NCBI GenBank assembly: GCA_965226885.1 | Contig: CBDDEL010000017.1 | Span: 544,001 to 608,000 of the forward strand | DNA: 64,000 nt | Source: Opitutales bacterium | Lineage (GTDB): Bacteria > Verrucomicrobiota > Verrucomicrobiia > Opitutales > UBA2987 | Direction of reading: 5' to 3' | In this document: piece after piece, positions 56,217 to 64,000 of the stretch | How the letters are laid out: every line of letters begins with the position of its first letter | Numbering within the stretch: position 1 is the stretch's first letter | Made by a program: the position numbers and the translations under genes | The notes under the pieces: model-generated | The model's database searches: none | What the model was told of the DNA's origin: nothing | Seen by the model: only the letters and a program-made list of their open reading frames with translations

Positions 56217-57554
56217 TCAGCGGGTCATTGCGTGGCCGGTTAGCATTTCGATCTCGGCCAGCCGCTGCTCGCGGTTTGTTAGCGCCCGTTCAAAGGAAAG
56301 TTGAAATTCAAGCAGCAAACGCTGCGCATCGATTAGGTTGAGGAAATCCACCTCCCCGGCCCGGTAAGCCTCCTCCGTTATGTTCAGCGATTGTTCCGCT
56401 TCGGGCGTCAATGTATCCCGAAACAAGTCGATCTTGCGCCTGGCGTCATTGTAGCCGTAGAGCGCCCATTTCAAGTCCGTTTCGAGTAGATTTTCCCGAT
56501 TTTCCCTCGAATTTAAAGCTGCCTGGCGGCGCAACTCCGCCTCTTCCAGTTCGGCCTTGTATTTGCCCCTCCAAATCGGCAGGTTGACGGCGAAGACGGC
56601 CGTAATAGGATCTTTGCCATTGCCGGGAGTCATCGGGTTCAAGACTCCTCCGGTATCGATATAATTGACACCCAGGGTAAAATCGGGATAAAAGTCTTTC
56701 CTGGCCAACTCGATGGCTTTCTCCTCTTTCGCTATGTCATGATCGAGGGACTTCAATTCGGGGCTGAGTTCCCGCAGCCAGGTAAACAACTGTCCTTCAG
56801 ATAAATTCATATCGTAAAAGGGCGCTGTTCTGGGCCAGGGCAGGGGCGCGTCAAAGGGCCGGTTGAGAACGGCATTGAGCCTAGCCGTGATCGGCCCGCG
56901 CAAGTCGTTGAGGGTGCGAGACCGGTCATCGAGTTTGCCCAGTTCCACCTGTGCCTGGATGACGCCGGAGAGGGGCGCGCCGGCTTTGGCTTTGGCCTGG
57001 GCCACGCTTTCCAGATATTTGAGAAGTCTAATGTTGTCATCGGTAATGGCGATCGCCCGGTCGAGATAATAATACTCGTAATAGGTATTCTTGACCTCAA
57101 AAAAGAGCCGCAGTTTCCTTGCTTGATATTGCTGGTAAGCGGCATTGGCCGCTGCCGTCGCCACATCCCCGCGCAGGCGCAATTTGCCGAACCAGGGAAA
57201 TTGCTGCGATAGGCCCAACTTCTGCTCCTGAGGCCCGACCCGCGTTTCCACCTCGCGCACGAATACCGCATAGCTCAACTTTGGGTTGGGCAGCGATTTG
57301 GCCTGGGTCACTCTTTGCAGAGCAGCCTGCCATCGGTTGAAGGCGGCTTCCAGGCCGGGATTCTGCAAAGCCGCGTAGGCCAGATAATCCGACAGAGTCG
57401 ATTTCCCGTGGAGTTCAGGAAGTTTTTTGGATATTTCCGCCTCTTCGCTCCAGACCGGCACACCGTCGAACAGCAGGCCGCATAGGCCCACCATGCAGAC
57501 GATCCAGCGCGCTAAATTTGTATTTATTTTATTGTTCATGATAAAATGTTCCAT
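56217..57554 (-). CDS. TolC/CusC-family outer membrane efflux protein
   Basis: NPGL.AA, SQQFPWFGKL and Y.AGEVDFL.LIDAQR motifs. Confidence 0.9.
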   Translation of the reverse strand: MEHFIMNNKINTNLARWIVCMVGLCGLLFDGVPVWSEEAEISKKLPELHGKSTLSDYLAYAALQNPGLEAAFNRWQAALQRVTQAKSLPNPKLSYAVFVREVETRVGPQEQKLGLSQQFPWFGKLRLRGDVATAAANAAYQQYQARKLRLFFEVKNTYYEYYYLDRAIAITDDNIRLLKYLESVAQAKAKAGAPLSGVIQAQVELGKLDDRSRTLNDLRGPITARLNAVLNRPFDAPLPWPRTAPFYDMNLSEGQLFTWLRELSPELKSLDHDIAKEEKAIELARKDFYPDFTLGVNYIDTGGVLNPMTPGNGKDPITAVFAVNLPIWRGKYKAELEEAELRRQAALNSRENRENLLETDLKWALYGYNDARRKIDLFRDTLTPEAEQSLNITEEAYRAGEVDFLNLIDAQRLLLEFQLSFERALTNREQRLAEIEMLTGHAMTR

Positions 57555-57728
57555 TGTTCGGGTTTTTGAAAAGGCCCTTGTTTATGTATCTCAAGCCGTG
57601 CTTTTGGTACGCGTACACGGCAATAATACTGGTCTCACTTAGTGGATGGCGAATGCCAGGCTTTAATCGAAATCTTGGTTATGATTATGATGTTTCAAGC
57701 CGTGCTCCCGGACGATCTCAGGCTTGGA

Positions 57729-58127
57729 TCAAAGCAGATAGGAACAGTGCATCTTTCGATGCAAGGGCATGGTCGGGCCTCGTAGAAACCGCAATCTTTC
57801 GAGGGCTGCAAAGGAGGCGAGGCCCGGCCGTAAGTCATTGCAAGTTAATCGCAAATAGGGCGAAACAAGTGGATCTTGACTCGCTGTTTTTAAAATATCC
57901 CTGGAGTTGGCGGCTTGTTTGAGCAGGGGTTTGCCCTCTCGGTGCGGACAAGATTTTTCGTCTTCCTTCTGCGGAGCGGGAGAATCGCCCTGCGGGCAGC
58001 ATGCGGGCATGCCCATGGCATCGCCGCCGCTCATGGCCGTTGCGTCGTGGGCGCCCATCAGGCAGCAGCAATTGGGATATATCACCATTGCCGCCAGCAG
58101 GGTCGTGATGGGGGAACGAAAGTTCAT
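57729..58127 (-). CDS. Small Cys/His/Met-rich exported protein upstream of the efflux operon
   Basis: NCCC, MPACCP, SCPH and terminal LHRKMHCSYLL motifs. Confidence 0.6.
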   Translation of the reverse strand: MNFRSPITTLLAAMVIYPNCCCLMGAHDATAMSGGDAMGMPACCPQGDSPAPQKEDEKSCPHREGKPLLKQAANSRDILKTASQDPLVSPYLRLTCNDLRPGLASFAALERLRFLRGPTMPLHRKMHCSYLL

Positions 58128-58203
58128 GAATGTGTAGCTATAAAACAATCTATGAATGTGTAGCTATAAAACAATCTATGAATGTGTAGCTATAAAACAA
58201 TCT
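58126..58203. repeat. 26-bp perfect tandem repeat x3 atgaatgtgtagctataaaacaatct
   Basis: Units at 58126, 58152 and 58178. Confidence 0.96.
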
Positions 58204-58249
58204 AATATGAGAAAAATCGGAATAATTGCAAACGAAAATCCACTTTTGA

Positions 58250-59197
58250 TTAAACCGGTAGGGGGTCTCCCGGAATATCGACGCCTTTTTTTTCACTCAC
58301 CGATTCCACGGTGGAAAATGAATGTTCCGTCAGTGTGGCGATGAATTTTTTTATGGCCGGGGTCAGCACCCGGCCTTTTCGATAAATGATGGCCAGCGGG
58401 CGGGTGAACTGTTTTCCCCTTATGGGAACCGCCTTGATAAGGCCTTGCTTGACTTCCTGCCGAACCGTAATTTCCGGTAGTATGGAAACCCCTGCTCCGA
58501 TTTCCACAGCCCGTTTCACGGTTTCAATATTATCGAACTCCATGACCGGCTCGATGGACAGCTTGGCTGCGCGGAAAATCTGATCGAGGGCTTTTCGCGT
58601 GGGAATGTCGGGATCGAAACTGATAAACTTGAACTTGGAGAGTTCCTCGAGTTCAATTTCCTTTTTGCCCGCCGCCGGGTGATCCGTGTTGCAAATGAGC
58701 ATCAGATTGTCTTCCAAAAAGGGAATAACCTCCAGTTTCCGCATGTTGCTGGGATAGGCCACCAATCCAAGATCGACCGAATTGTGCAGTATGTCCTCAT
58801 AGACCAAATTGGAACGCCGGTACTCGACGCGGACATTGACGGATGGAAACACCTGCAGAAATTTTTTCAAGTAAGGGGGCAATTCATGCAGGCCGATGCT
58901 GTAAATGGTGGAGATATGGATAGTGCCGCTGATGATTTTTTTCATTTCCAGCAACTCGCTGTGCAGTATTTCATAGCGATGCAGGATATCCCGCCCGCTT
59001 CCGCAAAGCTTTTGGCCTTCGCGGGTCAGTTTAAAATGTTTTTGACTGCGATCGACAATGATCACATTAAAATGCTTTTCCATGGCACGCAATTGCTGGC
59101 TGACGGCTGATTGTGTGATGCCATTCAATTTGGCGGCCCGGGAAAAGCTTTCGCTTTCCACCAGGTCAGAGAATACCTTGAAATTTTCAATATGCAT
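58250..59197 (-). CDS. LysR family transcriptional regulator
   Basis: SFSRAA...ITQSAVSQQL HTH and DNIETVKRAVE.G.G motifs. Confidence 0.93.
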   Translation of the reverse strand: MHIENFKVFSDLVESESFSRAAKLNGITQSAVSQQLRAMEKHFNVIIVDRSQKHFKLTREGQKLCGSGRDILHRYEILHSELLEMKKIISGTIHISTIYSIGLHELPPYLKKFLQVFPSVNVRVEYRRSNLVYEDILHNSVDLGLVAYPSNMRKLEVIPFLEDNLMLICNTDHPAAGKKEIELEELSKFKFISFDPDIPTRKALDQIFRAAKLSIEPVMEFDNIETVKRAVEIGAGVSILPEITVRQEVKQGLIKAVPIRGKQFTRPLAIIYRKGRVLTPAIKKFIATLTEHSFSTVESVSEKKGVDIPGDPLPV

Positions 59198-59287
59198 GAG
59201 CGCTGTCTATAAATATACCTTATGCTACAAGCTATATCAGTTTGTCTAATATTCAAAAGAGTCAATTTTATTCGATTCATCCAAAAA

Positions 59288-59977
59288 ATGCTGAGTTACC
59301 AACAATTTGAAAAAAATGCCCATTCGGTCCGGAAAAATATTGACCGGGTTTGCCGCAGTTGCGGGCGACAACCATCCGAGGTTCAATTGCTTGCCGTGAC
59401 TAAGGCCAATCCACCTGAAGCGGTCGATTTCGCCGCCCGTTACGGTCTGGCCGCCATTGGTGAAAACCGGGTCCAGGAAGCGGCTGGCAAAAAACCTTTG
59501 GTGGGGGCAGAAGTTCGCTGGGAGTTAATCGGCCATTTGCAGTCCAACAAAGCCAGGCTGGCCGTCTCTCTTTTCGATCGCATCCAATCGGTGGACCGGG
59601 TTAAATTGCTCAATGCCCTCGAACGGCACGCCGCAGAAATGGATAAAACGCTGCCCGTGCTATTGCAAGTGAACACGGGGGAAGACCCCCGTAAATTTGG
59701 TGCCGCCTCTTCGGGTGCGGCCTGTCTTCTGGAGGCGGCATTACAGTGCCGGCATCTGCGGGTGGAGGGATTGATGACTATTGCTCCGCTGGATGAGGAC
59801 CGCTCCGTGGCCCTATCGGCCTTTACCCGGCTGCGGACGCTACGGGACGAATTGTGCGCGTCTTATGCCATACCATTGCCGGAGCTATCCATGGGCATGA
59901 GCGGCGACCTGGAGGAAGCAATAAAGGCCGGCAGCACATGCTTGAGAATCGGCAGCGCCCTCTACGGCCCGCGATGA
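59288..59977 (+). CDS. yggS: YggS/PLPBP pyridoxal phosphate homeostasis protein
   Basis: LAVTK, GENRVQE, IGHLQSNK, GLMTI and LSMGMSGD motifs. Confidence 0.93.
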   Translation: MLSYQQFEKNAHSVRKNIDRVCRSCGRQPSEVQLLAVTKANPPEAVDFAARYGLAAIGENRVQEAAGKKPLVGAEVRWELIGHLQSNKARLAVSLFDRIQSVDRVKLLNALERHAAEMDKTLPVLLQVNTGEDPRKFGAASSGAACLLEAALQCRHLRVEGLMTIAPLDEDRSVALSAFTRLRTLRDELCASYAIPLPELSMGMSGDLEEAIKAGSTCLRIGSALYGPR

Positions 59978-60100
59978 TGGGCGGAAAGGGGCTGACTTAA
60001 AGTTGTCCGCCATAATCGCATTTTGGATATATATCCGTTATTATTGAGATTTATGCTGAATTTTATTGCCTGAAATAGAATTTTCGTTAGAAAGAAAATT

Positions 60101-60970
60101 GTGATCGGGCAAAGGCTTAGCAAAGAAAGAGAAGAAGCGTTGATCTATTTAATGGATGACGATTCTCCCGTGGTCCAGAAAGCCCTTTTGCAGGAATTGG
60201 AACGGCTGGAGGAAGCGGGGGCCGGTTTGTTGAAAAAAGTGCTGCGCAGCGGCAACCGCATTCTGGAAGAACAGGCCCGTATTTTTTTAGAGGAATTACA
60301 GGGGCCCGACACGGTTAAGGAGTTCATTCGATTCATCGAGTCCCTCAACTACGAGCTGGAAACGGGATGCCTTTTGCTCAACCGCACGGTATATCCGGAA
60401 ATCGACAGCGCCGACTGTTGTTTTCTGCTCGACGCCATCGGCGCCCGTTGCCGGGAACTCTTTGTTTTGCCCGGCAGTTCGTTGGAGAAATGCAAGGTAA
60501 TCAATCGGGTAATCTTTCATGAATACGGTTTTCGGCCCAATAAAGAGAATATTGACGATCCGCAAAACAACTACCTCAGCCAGGTGCTGGAAAACCGCAT
60601 CGGCAACTCCATCACTCTATCCATCATTTATATACTCGTCGCTCAAAGGTGTGGCCTGCAATTGGAACCGGTCATACTTTCCGATCATTTCCTGGCCGGA
60701 TGTTTCAATGAAAATGAAACATTTTACATCGATACCTCTGTCAGGGGCGCTTTTCGTTCCCCCCGGGAAGCAAGGAAAATATTTTCTTACACCAACTCCC
60801 GGGGCGGTGAGAATTTTTTGGCTCCTTCACCCGTGGCCGAGGTGCTTTACCACTGTTGCCAGAACCTGTCGCGAATATATTCGATTTCAGGGAATCAGAT
60901 TCGAGCCCGGTTGTTCGCCGGCTTTGTCCAGGAATTTGAGGCTAACTACCGGCGCCACGCAAATTCTTAA
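60101..60970 (+). CDS. SirB1/transglutaminase-like family protein
   Basis: GF..N.....DP.N.YL..VL..R.G..ITLS..Y..VA.R pattern. Confidence 0.8.
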   Translation: MIGQRLSKEREEALIYLMDDDSPVVQKALLQELERLEEAGAGLLKKVLRSGNRILEEQARIFLEELQGPDTVKEFIRFIESLNYELETGCLLLNRTVYPEIDSADCCFLLDAIGARCRELFVLPGSSLEKCKVINRVIFHEYGFRPNKENIDDPQNNYLSQVLENRIGNSITLSIIYILVAQRCGLQLEPVILSDHFLAGCFNENETFYIDTSVRGAFRSPREARKIFSYTNSRGGENFLAPSPVAEVLYHCCQNLSRIYSISGNQIRARLFAGFVQEFEANYRRHANS

Positions 60971-60978
60971 AGCAGACC

Positions 60979-61902
60979 ATGCCCGCACCTGCCGGAACCG
61001 GCCTGCCTTCCATCCATACCCTTGTCGATCTGGATAATTGGCCGGCGCAGAAAGTGTCCTTGGCCGTCATCGGCCACCCCATCGGCCATTCCATCAGCCC
61101 GCCCATGCATAATGCCGCCCTCAAGGCGATGGCTGCGGATGATGCCAGGTTTAAAGAGTGGGAATATTTTCGATTCGATATACTGCCCGAAAATCTTGAA
61201 ACCGCCCTCAACCTCATGCACTCCCGTGGATTTCAAGGGCTGAATCTCACTATTCCGCACAAAGTGGAAGCGGTTGAACTGGTTGCAGACATCGACCCGG
61301 TGGCCCGGCAAATGGGCGCTGTCAATACCCTCTTGCGGCAGGATCGGGGCTATAAAGGATACAATACCGATGGGTTTGGTCTGGAACAGGCTCTTCTGCG
61401 CGAATTGGGGGCAACAATCTCCGGACAAACCATAATAATCCTGGGGGCTGGGGGCGCGGCCCGGGCGGCCGCCGTCCACTGCTTGCGGAATGGTTGCCTC
61501 GAACTCTGGATTGGGAACCGCAGTTGGAAAAATCTGCAAGACCTGCTCGCCATTTTAAGCCAGACCAAAACAGAGGCTGTAGTAAAAGGGTTCGATCTGT
61601 CGGATCCGCCCACCGATTTGCCGGAAACCGGCATTCTCATCAACGCAACTTCTCTGGGCTTGAAAAAAGGGGATCCTCCGCCCATTTCGCTGCCTAAATT
61701 TTCCCAAAGACTCAAAGTCCTGGATATGGTTTACAATCCACCCGAAACCCAATTGCTGCGGGATGCCGGGAAAAGAGGCATGGCCGCGGCCAATGGCCTT
61801 TCCATGCTTGTTTGGCAAGGCGCCCGTTCCCTGGAAATATGGACGGGACGCAAAATCCCCGCAGAGGAGATGTCCACAGCGGTATCGAGGGCGCTGGTTT
61901 GA
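60979..61902 (+). CDS. aroE: Shikimate dehydrogenase
   Basis: HSISP.MHN, NLTIPHK, GAVNT, NTDG.G and GAGGAARA motifs. Confidence 0.94.
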   Translation: MPAPAGTGLPSIHTLVDLDNWPAQKVSLAVIGHPIGHSISPPMHNAALKAMAADDARFKEWEYFRFDILPENLETALNLMHSRGFQGLNLTIPHKVEAVELVADIDPVARQMGAVNTLLRQDRGYKGYNTDGFGLEQALLRELGATISGQTIIILGAGGAARAAAVHCLRNGCLELWIGNRSWKNLQDLLAILSQTKTEAVVKGFDLSDPPTDLPETGILINATSLGLKKGDPPPISLPKFSQRLKVLDMVYNPPETQLLRDAGKRGMAAANGLSMLVWQGARSLEIWTGRKIPAEEMSTAVSRALV

Positions 61903-61921
61903 CGCTCCCGATTCTTCCACA

Positions 61922-63584
61922 CTATCGTTTAGGTGACTCTTGCAGCGGCGTGAATTCTACAACTTGGCTATATTCCTCATAAGCCTTTTCGGCTTCGGAC
62001 AGTACCGAAGTCGCTTCTGCAAAATTTTCTTCGTTGGCCAAATTTTCAAGTGTTTTCATACACTCACGCAGTTTGACGGCCTCCAAATTGGCGGCGGAAC
62101 CCTTCACAGTGTGGGTGTAGCCAGCCAAAGCCTTGGCGTCTTTATTTTCTATAGCTGCCTTCATTTCCGACAAATGTTTTAGCGTATCGCTGAGAAAATA
62201 TTTCTGTATCTCGCCAATTAGTTCAATATTGCCTCCAAACCGGTCTAATAATTTTTCCTCGTCAATGATCACCTCCTGGCCAGAGTTCTTCTGCTCATCC
62301 GGCTTGCCGGTCGAATGTTTTTTTTGTTTTGAGAGTTGCCTTTCAATGGCCTCCAAAAGGTCATCGGGGCGCACTGGCTTGGGGACAAAGTCATTCATTC
62401 CCACTTTCAGGCACTCTTTCTTTTCCTTGGGCATGGCGTGGGCGGTCATAGCGATGATGGGCAAATCGGGCCTGTAAATTTCGGAATTTTTGTCGCGCAG
62501 TATCCTCGTCGCCCCGTAACCGTCCATTTCGGGCATTTGCAGGTCCATTAGAACGAGGTCGTAAGGAATCATTTGGAGGACATTTATCGCTTCCAGGCCG
62601 TTGGCCACGGTATCGGCTTTGAAGCCCAGGTTTTCCAATATGCCCAAAGCCACTTTTTGATTTACGATATTGTCTTCCACTACCAATATGCGGGTATTGC
62701 GGTGCAAATCATTGGTTTTCTGATCAGTTTTCCTTTTTTTGGAGCGCGAGAGGGCCAGGCTTTTTGGATCGGAATTAATGGCCGTTATGAGTGCGTTATA
62801 CAATACAGAGCGTTTTGCCGGTTTACTCAAACAATTGGCAAAACCGATTTTTTTATAATCGCCCCACTCGAGGTGGTCCCCAATGGAAGTGAGCATTACA
62901 AGGATGATCTGGCATAATGCCGGATCCTCCTTAATATGCTGTCCAAGAATTTTTCCATTCATTTCGGGCATCATCATGTCTATAATACCCATATCGTAAG
63001 GTTCGCCCCGGGCTGTCGCATCGCGTAGCATCTGCAGTGCGGTTTGTCCATCGGGAGCTTCTCCGAAATGGCAATCCCAGGAGCGAATCTGTTCGCGCAG
63101 CACCATGCGATTGGTTGTGTTGTCATCAACTATAAGGATTTTCTTTCCTCGTATATCAGTCTCGGTTTGAACTTTAACGGGGGTTTGGCAGGCTTGCTTT
63201 TGGAAAACCACTGTAAACCAGAAATGGGAGCCTTTATTCAATTCGCTTTCCACCCCGATCTCCCCTCCCATCAATGCGCAAATTCTTTTGGAGATGGCCA
63301 GACCCAGTCCGGTCCCGCCGTATTTACGGGTTGTGGAGGCATCCAGTTGGCTGAACTTGGCAAAGAGGTCCTTCAGTCGGGCGCCGGGAATGCCAATGCC
63401 GGTGTCCTCTACTGTAAAGCGAAGATTTGCCGTGGTTTCGGTTTCTTCTTTCACCTCAACAATGACCACCACTTCACCGGTGGAGGTAAATTTAACGGCA
63501 TTGGAAATTAGATTGTTGAGAATCTGCAAAAGTCTTCCCGGGTCTCCTTGCAAATAAACAGGAACTTTATTTTTTATCTGGTAT
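61922..63584 (-). pseudogene. Hybrid sensor histidine kinase (HATPase, two receiver domains, Hpt), 5' part cut off by IS4
   Basis: NLISNAVKFT, DTGIGI, GGTGLGL, two REC domains and H..KG. The frame stays open up to the IS end and the HisKA domain is missing. Confidence 0.85.
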
Positions 63585-64000
63585 CACTAGTGTCCAGTTA
63601 AAAGCCCTTGAGCATCAACTGGTTGTGTAATGCTAAGTTTGGCTTTCTTGTTTCGAACTTTGCAAGTAGTTGATATACAGGATCTTTTTGAAAGACGTTC
63701 ACACTCAAAACTTGCAGAATCCGACTCAGACTTTCAGTGACTCCATGCACTTTTTTCAAACAGGCGACCATGAGATAAACGCATATGGCTACCCAAATTT
63801 GGGTCTTCACGGCGTTTTCGGTGGTGCCGTAGAAAGCCTTGATGCGGAGGTTTTGCTTGATCCACTTAAAGAACAGCTCAATGCGCCAGCGGCTTTTGTA
63901 AATGGCCGCGATAGTCAAGGCGGGCAAGGTGAAGTTGTTGGTGAGGAAGACCAGCCTCTGGCCAGTTGCGCCATCGCGGTAGCGAATGCGCCGGAGCTTG
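63585..64000 (-). mobile_element. IS4-family element, partial (transposase stop at 63598)
   Basis: YKSRWRIELFFKWIKQ (YREK signature) and terminal taactggacactagtg. Confidence 0.88.

Noticed and set aside
58126..58203. CRISPR array
   Set aside because: The units are contiguous, with no spacers and no cas genes.

Overview
Bacterial chromosomal window. The protein style suggests Verrucomicrobiota/Opitutia (inference only). It is dominated by a recent insertion-sequence burst: 18 IS copies from six families (7 IS3, 6 IS1380, 2 IS1, 1 IS630, 1 IS5-like, 1 partial IS4) cover about 23 kb (about 36%). Most ends and target-site duplications (TSDs) can be read directly. Several elements are nested, and several have mismatched flanks that mark rearrangement breakpoints. 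Intact genes include sucA, mdh, a DAHP synthase, a YgfZ-like protein, HU, yggS, aroE, an ilvC-like gene, a GH20 hexosaminidase, a GT4 plus GH13 phosphorylase pair and a CusCBA-type metal efflux operon. Broken genes include a YdbH-like gene, a tail-fibre-like gene, a LamG-like gene, a gp36-like gene, a rhodanese-YceI fusion, a desaturase, DUF6249, DUF3347 and a hybrid kinase. Five signals stand out: a capsid-less phage neck/tail module beside sucA; a decayed copy of the sucA 3' end plus a dif-like site that bound a small island; a predicted pseudoknot in the IS1380 3' non-coding end; a few-base hotspot inside IS1380 hit by several elements; and a very strong local C>G strand skew. Family names come from motif recognition, not database searches.
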